The notes under the pieces were generated by a model, which did no database searches, was not told the origin of the DNA, and saw only the letters and a program-made list of their open reading frames with translations. From Anaerolineae bacterium (lineage in GTDB: Bacteria; Chloroflexota; Anaerolineae; B4-G1; SLSP01), in assembly GCA_025454475.1 (NCBI GenBank), contig JALOOJ010000003.1, positions 1-60,705 on the forward strand: a stretch of DNA of 60,705 nt, written 5' to 3'. Within the stretch, counting starts at the first letter, position 1. Each line of letters starts with the position of its first letter. The translations under genes and the position numbers were made by a program. Below are positions 19,069 to 27,748 of this stretch, piece by piece.

Positions 19069-19110
19069 AGCAATACTCCTGCCTTCCCGGCGCTTCGTAG
19101 ACCGCCGCCA

Positions 19111-20811
19111 TTATAACATAGCGGCAAGAGCTGAGAGCACTTCCGCGTCGTCCCGCACCGCTGCGGGTTTGGGCAGAACCTCTGCCACAGGTTTCACGAC
19201 ACCGGCATAGTCGGTAGTGTGACCCGTCCGTTCATACCACACCGGCGTCGGTAGAACGACATCGGCTCCCTCGACCAGTGGAGACAAGTAACTGGCCTGG
19301 ACTACGGTGAAGGCACCGTCGACCTTCGTCGTCAGGGCCTGATCCTCGCTCTGCTCGCCCAGTAGGAAGAACCGGGTCTGCGCACCGTTGGGCTCGGCAT
19401 GCTTCAGGCCCGCAGCGGTAGCGCCCCGCTCATTTCGCCCAGGGCTCAGTGCAAGCGTATAGAGCCGATCACCGAGATGGCGGAAGGCAGCTATCACCCT
19501 GCTCTTGATCCCCACGCTGTAGACCAACACGATCTTTTTGGCATCAGCCGCAGCCTTGGCAACCTGGTCGGCATCCGCATATGACACCGTCATTGTCGCC
19601 CGCTTAGTCAGGCTGTTCTCTGTATCAGCAATGACTGCAACGGTCGCACCATGATCCGCCGCCCGCTGAATAAAGTAACCCACCACGCGTTGATAATCGA
19701 GCGGCTGTGCGCCGGCGACTACGATGAAGTCGGCATCGAGAATGTCCGCGAGTTTCCCAGTCGTGCCATATCCCAACACCGGCGCAACGGGCTCCAACAG
19801 CCCCGCCTCTCCCTTCGCCTTGGCGAAGAGCCCCGCAAAGGCCTCGAGTGCCTCGTTGGTGGTAGCGCAGGTGGTCAAGCCCTGGACGCCGCCCGCCTTG
19901 AACCTGGCAGCCACCGTGCTCAGCGCCTCGTCCCATCCGGCCTCGACCAGCTTGCCGTCCTTGCGGACCAGCGGGCTGGTGACTCGTTTGCGCTCCTCAT
20001 ACAACGGGGCGAAGCGCCCGTCAACACAGAGGAGGCCGTCGTTGGGCTCGGAGCCCCAGATGCCATCGACACGAAGTAGACGGTTGTAGCGCGTCACTAC
20101 GTCCAGAGCACATCCAACGCTGCACTGCATGCAGGTCGTCTCCGTATGAACGACATCTTTCTCGCGACCGCCATAGGCGCTGCGAGCATCGATCAGGGCT
20201 CCGGTAGGACAGACCTGCAAACACGTCCCGCACTCCACACAGCTTGACTCACCGAACGGCACATCCAGATCAGCCATGATCATAGAATCCGCACCGCGCG
20301 CGCGCACATCAAGGGTGTGATTGGCCACAATCTCCGAGCATGCTCGAACACAACGCGTGCAGAGGATGCAGCGGTTGTGGTCCATGATGAAGTACTTGCG
20401 AGACGCATCGACGCTCAGCTTCTGGTAAGGCCGCGGATAGGTGAAGTGATCCAGCCCATAGCGATAGGCAGCATCCTGCAACTCGCAGTCGCCGCTCATC
20501 TGACAGAACATGCAGTAGTGGTTGCGTTCGGAGAAGAGGAGTTCCAGAACGAACTTCCGCACATCGACCGCAGCCGTCGTTTCGGTCTGAACCTCCATAC
20601 CATCTGCGATGGGGCAGGTACAGGCCGTCTGCAGGCCACGCATGCCTTTGACCTCAACCACGCACATGCGGCAGGCGCCCCATGCCGATAATGCTGGATG
20701 GGAGCAGAGAACAGGAATATCAACGCCCGCAGCCTGTGCGGCTTCCAAAATCGTCTGACCGCTCAGCCCCGTTACGGGCTGATTGTTGATCGTGAGTCGC
20801 ACCTCGCTCAT
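19111..20811 (-). CDS. Extended HoxU / NuoG-HydA-like iron-sulfur subunit (no H-cluster, no Mo site)
   Basis: AAGGAGG RBS; [2Fe-2S] LC..GACRMC..AC; HYCMFC...C; CILCTRCVRAC and CVECGTCLQVCPTGAL; extra CMQCSVGC...C; shortened molybdopterin-oxidoreductase-like C-terminus. Confidence 0.88.
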   Translation of the reverse strand: MSEVRLTINNQPVTGLSGQTILEAAQAAGVDIPVLCSHPALSAWGACRMCVVEVKGMRGLQTACTCPIADGMEVQTETTAAVDVRKFVLELLFSERNHYCMFCQMSGDCELQDAAYRYGLDHFTYPRPYQKLSVDASRKYFIMDHNRCILCTRCVRACSEIVANHTLDVRARGADSMIMADLDVPFGESSCVECGTCLQVCPTGALIDARSAYGGREKDVVHTETTCMQCSVGCALDVVTRYNRLLRVDGIWGSEPNDGLLCVDGRFAPLYEERKRVTSPLVRKDGKLVEAGWDEALSTVAARFKAGGVQGLTTCATTNEALEAFAGLFAKAKGEAGLLEPVAPVLGYGTTGKLADILDADFIVVAGAQPLDYQRVVGYFIQRAADHGATVAVIADTENSLTKRATMTVSYADADQVAKAAADAKKIVLVYSVGIKSRVIAAFRHLGDRLYTLALSPGRNERGATAAGLKHAEPNGAQTRFFLLGEQSEDQALTTKVDGAFTVVQASYLSPLVEGADVVLPTPVWYERTGHTTDYAGVVKPVAEVLPKPAAVRDDAEVLSALAAML

Positions 20812-20915
20812 AAGTGCTTGCCTCCTTGGGCACATTCTATAGGTTTGGCTAACCCTCAGGCAGTCGGCGCGGGTCCGGGATGATAGCCGGGCCGCGGACC
20901 GTCCGTCGAGGCGTG

Positions 20916-22499
20916 CTAGTCCCGCAATCGGGACTCGAATTCGCTGCGGAAATACTGCAACCCAGTGAGGATCGGAACTGGGGCAGCTTGCCCCAGGCCA
21001 CAGAAAGAAGCCTGCTGGACGTAGGTTGCGATCTCCTCCAGCCGTTCCAGATCGGCGCGGCGTGCCATGCCCTTACGCAGACGGTCCAGCGCCTCAAGCA
21101 TCTGCGCTGTGCCGACACGGCAGGGCGTGCATTTGCCACACGACTCGGTCTTGAAGAAACGGACCAGGACGTAGGCCAAGTCGACAATGTCGGTGTCCTC
21201 GTCACAGACAAGCAACGCGCCACTGCCAAGGCCCACACCCTTCTCCCGCATTGACGCGAAATCCATCGGCACATCCAGGAGCTCCGCCGGGATGATCGTG
21301 CCGGACGACCCACCTGTCTGCGCCGCCTTGAAGGCCTTACCGCCCTTCATGCCACCGCCGTAGATGCCGATGATCTCCCGCAGTGTTGTGCCCATGGGCG
21401 CCTCTACCAGGCCACTGAGCGCCACATCGCCCAACATCGTATAGACTTTCGTCCCCGGACTCCGCTCCGTCCCGATCGCTCGGAACCAGTCGGCGCCATT
21501 GAGAATGATCGGGGCGATGTTCGCCAGGGTCTCGACGTTGTTCACGACGGTAGGTTTGCCACGAAATCCGTATACCGTGGGGTACGGTGGACGGATACGC
21601 GGTATTCCACGCTCGCCCTCCAGGCTGTTGAGCAGCGCCGTCTCCTCGCCGCAGACGTAAGCGCCGGCGCCGGCGTGAACATGCACGTGGAACGAAAAGC
21701 TCGTGCCCATAATGTTGTCGCCAAGGAGGTTTAGCTCCTCAGCCGCGGTGATGGCGTGGTTGAGGATGTCCTTGGCCATCGCGTATTCGCCACGGATGTA
21801 GATCCAACCCTCGCTCGCTCCCACTGCGTAGCCTGCTAGCGCCATGCCTTCCAGCACCGCATGGGGATCACCTTCGACGATCAGCCGATCCTTGAAGGTG
21901 CCCGGCTCCGACTCATCCGCATTACACACAATGTACCGCGGCGACTCGGGCTGCTGCGCCACAAAGGTCCACTTCAGACCGGTGGGAAACCCGGCGCCGC
22001 CACGACCCTGAAGCCCGGAGGATTTGACGGTGTCAAGCACCTCGCCGGGCGTCATGCTCGTAAGCGCCTTGCCTAGCGCGAAGTAGCCATCATAAGCAAT
22101 ATACTCATCAATGCTGTAGGGATCGATCGTGCCGGCGCGTTTGAGCACCACACGCTTTTGGGCATAGAGCGTATCCTCTGCCACGCCGAGCGTATCGATC
22201 TCAGCAGACGCCACCTCCGCAGACACCAAGAGATGCTCAACCTTACGTCCTTTGTAGAGGTGTTCGCTGACGATAGTGGCGCCGGTCTCAGGCGACACCG
22301 GGCCATAGACGATGCCCTCTGGATAGACAACTACGACAGGCAGCACATCCGTACGGTTGACGCGGCCCGTATACCCTACCCGTACCTCATCCTCAAGTCC
22401 GTAGAAGGCGAGCTCGGCCTCGATCGCAAGACGGGTGTCCTCGGCGCCTCGCGACAAACTGATGGGATCTCCAGACACCAGAACCGTCGAGCGGATCAT
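20916..22499 (-). CDS. NuoF/HoxF-like flavoprotein, non-bifurcating-type signature
   Basis: [55 protein letters not shown]; no C-terminal ferredoxin domain. Confidence 0.92.
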   Translation of the reverse strand: MIRSTVLVSGDPISLSRGAEDTRLAIEAELAFYGLEDEVRVGYTGRVNRTDVLPVVVVYPEGIVYGPVSPETGATIVSEHLYKGRKVEHLLVSAEVASAEIDTLGVAEDTLYAQKRVVLKRAGTIDPYSIDEYIAYDGYFALGKALTSMTPGEVLDTVKSSGLQGRGGAGFPTGLKWTFVAQQPESPRYIVCNADESEPGTFKDRLIVEGDPHAVLEGMALAGYAVGASEGWIYIRGEYAMAKDILNHAITAAEELNLLGDNIMGTSFSFHVHVHAGAGAYVCGEETALLNSLEGERGIPRIRPPYPTVYGFRGKPTVVNNVETLANIAPIILNGADWFRAIGTERSPGTKVYTMLGDVALSGLVEAPMGTTLREIIGIYGGGMKGGKAFKAAQTGGSSGTIIPAELLDVPMDFASMREKGVGLGSGALLVCDEDTDIVDLAYVLVRFFKTESCGKCTPCRVGTAQMLEALDRLRKGMARRADLERLEEIATYVQQASFCGLGQAAPVPILTGLQYFRSEFESRLRD

Positions 22500-22981
22500 A
22501 CAATGCCTCCCGATCTTTCCTCGCCTCGGTAGCGAGCGATGATCTCACGGACCTTCTGCGGGTCCAGGTTGCCATGAATGTCGCTATCGACCATCATCAC
22601 CGGTCCCACTGCACAGGCGCCGATGCAACTGGTAGTCAGCAAGGACCATTCGCCGTCCAGGGAAGTCGCACCGAAAGGAATTCCAAGCTCGTGCTCCAGT
22701 GCCTCCCAGACTTGCTGCCCTCCCACAACATGGCACGGGGCATCTTGGCAGAAACGCACTACATGCTTACCGAGAGGCTCGAGGCTAATCAAACTGTAGA
22801 AGCTCGCGACGCTGTAGACCTTGCTCAGCGGCAAGCTCAAACGGCTGGCAATCCTCTGCATCTGCTCTCGGCTCAGATGTCCACTTACCTCGTTGACCTC
22901 TCTCAGAATCTCAACAAGAGCCTCCTGGTCAGCACCGTGGACATCAATGATGCCGTCGGTTGTGGCTAAGACGTCTTCCAT
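22496..22981 (-). CDS. NuoE/HoxE-like [2Fe-2S] subunit
   Basis: VASFYS, FCQDAPCHVVG, SCIGACAVGP. Confidence 0.92.
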   Translation of the reverse strand: MEDVLATTDGIIDVHGADQEALVEILREVNEVSGHLSREQMQRIASRLSLPLSKVYSVASFYSLISLEPLGKHVVRFCQDAPCHVVGGQQVWEALEHELGIPFGATSLDGEWSLLTTSCIGACAVGPVMMVDSDIHGNLDPQKVREIIARYRGEERSGGIV

Positions 22982-23046
22982 ACGTACCCCTTTCTCTGGC
23001 AGTCTCTAGTGCCCTGCGACCCATTCGTGGATGCTGGCCTCTGAGT

Positions 23047-23073
23047 TTCCGATTCGCTGATTCTCAGATTCCC
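23047..23073. repeat. Short GATTC-core micro-repeat copy immediately after the hydB-like stop codon
   Basis: TTCCGATTCGCTGATTCTCAGATTCCC. Confidence 0.7.
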
Positions 23074-23076
23074 TTA

Positions 23077-24837
23077 TTACTCGACGCTGACAGCATTGAC
23101 CGGGCAGACCTGGGCACAAATGCCGCAGCGGATGCAGATCTCAGGATCGATCACGTGCGGCTGCCGCGCTATCCCGGTGATGGCGTTGACGGGGCAGTTG
23201 CGCGCGCAGCGCGTGCAGCCGATGCAGGTCTCCGGGTCGATTTTGTACTCGATGAGTGCTCGGCAGACCTTCGCGGGGCACCTCTTGTCGTAGATGTGGG
23301 CCTCGTACTCCTCGCGGAAGTTCTCGATCATGCTTAGGACGGGATTGGGGGCTCCTTGCCCCAGCCCACAGAGTGAGCCAATCTTTACAGACCGTCCCAG
23401 AGTCTCCAGAGCTTCGATGTCGCCCGGCTTACCCTTGCCCGCGCAGATGGCCTCGAGGATGTCCAACATCTTGCGCGTTCCCACGCGGCACGGAACGCAC
23501 TTACCACAGGACTCCTCCTGCGCAAACTCCATGAAGAACCGGGCCATATCGACCATACAGGTCTCTTCATCCATGACGATGAAACCACCAGAGCCCATCG
23601 CGGAGCCCACCGAAGCCAGCGACTCGTAATCCACCGGCATATCAAGGTGTTTCTCGGGAATACAGCCGCCAAGAGGCCCACCGGTCTGGACCGCCTTGAA
23701 TGCTTTGTCATTCAGGACACCGCCGCCGACATCGTACACGATCTCGCGGACCGTGATGCCGAGCGGCACCTCGATCAGACCAGTGCGCTTGACCTTACCG
23801 GCAATGGCGAAGGTCTTGGTACCCTTGCTCTTCTCGGTACCCATTGCGGCGAACCACGCCCCGCCGTTCAGCAGAATCTGGGGGACGTTAGCGTAGGTCT
23901 CGACATTGTTGATATTCGTGGGCTTGCCCCAGAGACCCGACGTCGCCGGGAAGGGAGGACGCGTACGGGGCTGTCCACGGTTACCCTGAACCGACTCCAT
24001 CAGTGCGGTCTCCTCGCCACAGACGAAGGCGCCGGCACCCATCCGGACCTCGAGATCAAAGCAGAAACCGGTCCCGAAGATATCCTTGCCCAGTAGGCCA
24101 TACTCGCGGGCCTGCTCAATCGCAACACGCAGAGTACGAATGGCGATAGGGTACTCCGCCCGGACGTAGAGGTAGCCCTGGGTGGCCCCGATGACGTAGG
24201 CGGCGATCGCCATTCCCTCGAGGACCGAGTGCGGATCACCCTCGAGCACACGGCGATTCATAAACGCGCCGGGATCGCCCTCATCGCCGTTGCAGACCAC
24301 GTATTTCTGATCACCTGGCGCGTTGCGGGCGAAGGTCCATTTCATCCAGGCGGGGAAACCCGCGCCTCCCCGGCCGCGCAATGCCGAGGTCTTGAGTTCT
24401 GCGAGTACACCATCCGGCGTCATCTCGGTCAAGACCTTGCCAAGCGCAGCGTAACCATCCTGAGCGATATAGTCGTCAATGCTCTCCGGGTTTATGACGC
24501 CAACGTTTCGCAGGACGACCCGCACTTCCTTGGTCGAAGGCTCGTCCAAAGGCTCAACGGCCTGCTCTTGCACCATCAGGTTCTGGACAGGGCGTCCTTT
24601 CAGCAGGTGTTCTGTAGCCACCAGACGCGCATTGTCCGGAGTGAGGTCCCGATAGTGGACGCCGTCAGGATAGACGATCGCCTCGATGCTTGGCGTCGCT
24701 ACCGTCAAATCCGTTGCCGCCAGAACCTCAATCTCATTGCTGAGGCCCAAGAGGCCAATCTCATCCAACAGCGCTACCGTGACAGGCTGCGCCTGCTGGG
24801 GATCTCCGCTGATGATCACATGTGCGCGATATGCCAT
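23077..24837 (-). CDS. HydB/HndC-like flavoprotein, bifurcating-type signature
   Basis: [62 protein letters not shown]-terminal 2x[4Fe-4S] [12 protein letters not shown] / [12 protein letters not shown]. Confidence 0.93.
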   Translation of the reverse strand: MAYRAHVIISGDPQQAQPVTVALLDEIGLLGLSNEIEVLAATDLTVATPSIEAIVYPDGVHYRDLTPDNARLVATEHLLKGRPVQNLMVQEQAVEPLDEPSTKEVRVVLRNVGVINPESIDDYIAQDGYAALGKVLTEMTPDGVLAELKTSALRGRGGAGFPAWMKWTFARNAPGDQKYVVCNGDEGDPGAFMNRRVLEGDPHSVLEGMAIAAYVIGATQGYLYVRAEYPIAIRTLRVAIEQAREYGLLGKDIFGTGFCFDLEVRMGAGAFVCGEETALMESVQGNRGQPRTRPPFPATSGLWGKPTNINNVETYANVPQILLNGGAWFAAMGTEKSKGTKTFAIAGKVKRTGLIEVPLGITVREIVYDVGGGVLNDKAFKAVQTGGPLGGCIPEKHLDMPVDYESLASVGSAMGSGGFIVMDEETCMVDMARFFMEFAQEESCGKCVPCRVGTRKMLDILEAICAGKGKPGDIEALETLGRSVKIGSLCGLGQGAPNPVLSMIENFREEYEAHIYDKRCPAKVCRALIEYKIDPETCIGCTRCARNCPVNAITGIARQPHVIDPEICIRCGICAQVCPVNAVSVE

Positions 24838-24870
24838 AGGTCCTCCTCAGACGTGGCAGAGGCTCGTCTC

Positions 24871-25230
24871 TTACTTCCTGACTTGCCACTTGGCGACAGG
24901 CACACCGCCGACTACGTGTCCATCGATGAGCTCCGGCACGCGTCCGACGTCGATCTTGCCATAGGTGACCATGTCCGATTCGCCAACCTGGATCTGGACA
25001 ATCGGCTCGAACTCACACAGACCGATGCATCCGGTCTGGGTCACAACCACGTCCGTAATGGACCGACTCTCCAGTTCACTTAGGATCGCGGTCATGGTGT
25101 CTCGCGCGCCGGCCGCAATGCCACACGTGCCCATCGCCACGACGACCCGCGCCCGCGAGCCCTCGCCGGACAGCTTCCGCCGCTGGAGCGCTCGCTCCTT
25201 GATTTTCTGCAGTTCCTCCAAGCTTTTCAT
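24871..25230 (-). CDS. Thioredoxin-like [2Fe-2S] ferredoxin (HydD/HndB-like)
   Basis: VAMGTCGIAAGA and QTGCIGLCEFEP. Confidence 0.88.
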   Translation of the reverse strand: MKSLEELQKIKERALQRRKLSGEGSRARVVVAMGTCGIAAGARDTMTAILSELESRSITDVVVTQTGCIGLCEFEPIVQIQVGESDMVTYGKIDVGRVPELIDGHVVGGVPVAKWQVRK

Positions 25231-25268
25231 GTCGGATGACCTCCTACCTCGAGTTAGTGGATCTACGT

Positions 25269-25835
25269 TCAGGGCAAAGCTTCACTCCCGATGGAAGCTA
25301 GCCCCTCGCCAATAGTGCCGCGCACAAAGGCAAAAACCTCCGGGTCCGAGAGCGAGACCTCAGGTCCCAGAATCTCGCGAAACTCTCGCGTGTCGAGCAC
25401 GAAGGTCCTATCTGCAACCTTGTGCTGGTAGACTAGATCAATCATAGGATTACCCACGATGATGCACAGTAGCGTCCCGTTCAGATCCCCAAGAGGGGGG
25501 CGATCGATGTGGCTGAGTTGCAGCGTCGCTCGGGTCGTGGTTCCCTGTCCCAATGCAGAGGTGATCTCGAACGTTCCACCGCACATTTCAGCAGTCTGCT
25601 TGAGAAAGGGGATGCCGAGGCCGACCTTGCGCGTCGTCCGCGTCGTAACCCACGGGTCTGCGATATGCCGAAGCATATCGGCATCCATTCCCCGACCATC
25701 ATCCCCGATGGCGATCGACAACTGGTCGTCTACCGGATTCTCATCGATGTCAATGTGCAGCAACGTTGCACTTGCGGTAACGCTGTTCTCAGCGATATCG
25801 AGAATATGCTGAGAGAGGTCCCGGAAAACGGTCAT
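25269..25835 (-). CDS. Stand-alone HATPase_c (histidine-kinase-like ATP-binding) protein
   Basis: HILDIAENS (N box), DDGRGM (G1), TTRTTRKVGLGIPF (G2), GQGT; no transmitter His domain. Confidence 0.88.
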   Translation of the reverse strand: MTVFRDLSQHILDIAENSVTASATLLHIDIDENPVDDQLSIAIGDDGRGMDADMLRHIADPWVTTRTTRKVGLGIPFLKQTAEMCGGTFEITSALGQGTTTRATLQLSHIDRPPLGDLNGTLLCIIVGNPMIDLVYQHKVADRTFVLDTREFREILGPEVSLSDPEVFAFVRGTIGEGLASIGSEALP

Positions 25836-26335
25836 TCGTACTTACGCAGGGCCTTCGCCACGTCCTGGGGCTGCACGCGTCCGACCACGTCGTCGTCGAT
25901 CATGACCACCGGAGCCTGCGAACACGCGCCAACACAGCGGCAGGTCTCCAATGTGAACCGGTTGTCCTCCGTAGTCTCACCCACTTCTACGCCAAGGACC
26001 TGCTGCAGTTTTTCGACCAGCGAAGGCCCTCCACGTACGTAGCAGGCCGTGCCGAGGCAAATACTTACCTTGTGACGCCCAATCGGAGCCATGCGGAAGA
26101 ACGAGTAGAAGGTCAGCACACCGTAGATGTGGCTCAGAGGGATCCCCATGCTATCGGCGATATAGCGCTGCATAGGCGGAGACACGTATCCCAGCCGCTC
26201 CTGGGTCAGGGTCAGGACCACCATCGTCGCGCCAGGTCGGCCGCGGTTCTCCTCAAGGATCCGGTCCAGTTCCACCTTCTCCTCTGATGAAAGCTCCAGA
26301 ATTGTTGGGGTCGCTCGTTCTGTCGCTAAAGTCAT
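25832..26335 (-). CDS. NuoE-like [2Fe-2S] subunit (HydC/HndA-like)
   Basis: GAGGTG RBS before ATG 26335; TFYSFF, ICLGTACYVRG, RCVGACSQAP. Confidence 0.92.
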   Translation of the reverse strand: MTLATERATPTILELSSEEKVELDRILEENRGRPGATMVVLTLTQERLGYVSPPMQRYIADSMGIPLSHIYGVLTFYSFFRMAPIGRHKVSICLGTACYVRGGPSLVEKLQQVLGVEVGETTEDNRFTLETCRCVGACSQAPVVMIDDDVVGRVQPQDVAKALRKYE

Positions 26336-26514
26336 ACGTCTCACCTCGGTATCGGAGATAGAATCTAGGTTGCGCATCTCCCCGGATGGCAGGCTCTGTG
26401 CACAGTGCGCACGACTGCTCGCACCTGAGTCTGAAGCCCGTATACGAGTCTGGGATGACCTAATGGTACACCCTACTGCGAGACCGGTCACGGGCATGTG
26501 ACAGGCCAGATGTG

Positions 26515-26520
26515 ATTATA
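26515..26520 (-). promoter_or_regulatory. Candidate sigma-70 -10 box for the hydrogenase structural operon
   Basis: TATAAT on minus strand in the PHP-hydC intergenic gap; no clear -35. Confidence 0.45.
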
Positions 26521-26603
26521 CCGTCGTTTTACAAAAGCTACAGTGACATTCACCACGCGATTGCTCGTCGATGCGCCACTCAATGCCATGCGCGAAAGGT
26601 GAT

Positions 26604-27350
26604 CTACGGGACGTAGGCGCGCTGCCCACTCTCCCCGCACAGGGCCTGCCTCAAAGCGCCAACCGATGGCGTGTCGTCCAGTTGGAAGATAGTCATCGTC
26701 GTCCCCATCCACTCCAGCCAATGCGCGTCTGAGCTGCTGATGAGGGTCAGGGCCGGCGGCAGAGTTGAGAACTGTCGTCGCGCCTCGCTTGGGCGCATAT
26801 TTGGTGAGAGCTCGGCCGCATCGGCCTCCAAGTCAGGGGGCCAGATACCCAACGTCCGCATCAACCCATTGTGCTGCCGATCGATGTGCGCCGGGATGAC
26901 CAGGCCCCCAAGGGCGTGCACCTCTCGCGCAGCATCCTCCAGTCCCATGGTCGTCGGCGCCTGCAGTAATCGCGGATCCTCCCCAACAAAGTTGCCCTCC
27001 CGGTCCACGACGAACTGCGGGCCGAAGCGGTCGACATCATTGAGCAGCGGCGGAATCGTGGCGTCTACCGCCCGCTGCCATGCCTCTAAGGCAAGCTGTG
27101 AATCGAAGATACACAGCAGATCGACCTCCTCGCGCGTCTGCAGCTCCATCCCTACGAGAACGGTCAATCCCGTAGCCGTTGCGGCCTCGCGCACCGCCAA
27201 CGCATTGCCGGTGGCATTGTGATCGGTAATGGCAATGATGTCGAGACCCCTGGACAGAGCTTCGTCCACGATCAGGGGCGGGATCATCTCCACCTCGGCG
27301 CACGCCGACAGCGCCGTGTGAATGTGCAGATCGGCCCGGTACTCCCGCAT
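26604..27350 (-). CDS. PHP domain (polymerase/histidinol phosphatase-like) protein
   Basis: DLHIHT..SAC, ITDHN, GMELQT.EEV, IPAHIDR, SSDAH. Confidence 0.9.
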   Translation of the reverse strand: MREYRADLHIHTALSACAEVEMIPPLIVDEALSRGLDIIAITDHNATGNALAVREAATATGLTVLVGMELQTREEVDLLCIFDSQLALEAWQRAVDATIPPLLNDVDRFGPQFVVDREGNFVGEDPRLLQAPTTMGLEDAAREVHALGGLVIPAHIDRQHNGLMRTLGIWPPDLEADAAELSPNMRPSEARRQFSTLPPALTLISSSDAHWLEWMGTTMTIFQLDDTPSVGALRQALCGESGQRAYVP

Positions 27351-27368
27351 GCCCTATCCCGCCATGTC

Positions 27369-27701
27369 TCAGACACCCAGCGAAATGAGCTGCGCCACGC
27401 TTTCGTAGACCGGGTCTGGGCTCGAGAGAACCGGCATCCCCTGTTCCTCAGCCTTCTCAAGGGTGCCCTCAGGGACATTCGCGCCTTCAGCGACAACAAT
27501 CGCGCACACGCCCAGAAGCGAAGCGACTGCAACGATATTGGCGTGTGTCTGAAGCGTTAGCCACAGGTCACCGGCCTCCGCGCCCGCCATCACACAACTC
27601 AACAGATCGGCTACATAGCCGCCATTGACTTCGGCATCAAGACCGCCGGCTCCCCCCAGCACACGCCATCCCAGTTGCTCAACGACGTCGCGAACCTTCA
27701 T
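27369..27701 (-). CDS. DRTGG domain protein
   Basis: AGGAG RBS; GGYVADLLSCVM, WLTLQTH.NIVAVA. Confidence 0.85.
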   Translation of the reverse strand: MKVRDVVEQLGWRVLGGAGGLDAEVNGGYVADLLSCVMAGAEAGDLWLTLQTHANIVAVASLLGVCAIVVAEGANVPEGTLEKAEEQGMPVLSSPDPVYESVAQLISLGV

Positions 27702-27748
27702 TCCACCAGCTCCTGTCGTGGCCAACGTAAGTACCGCGTTTGTGCACC

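Noticed and set aside
17072-20811. Selenocysteine, [FeFe] H-cluster or formate dehydrogenase activity
   Set aside because: All ligand positions are Cys codons with no in-frame TGA; no H-cluster motifs; the NuoG-like protein is too short and lacks a Mo-ligand motif.
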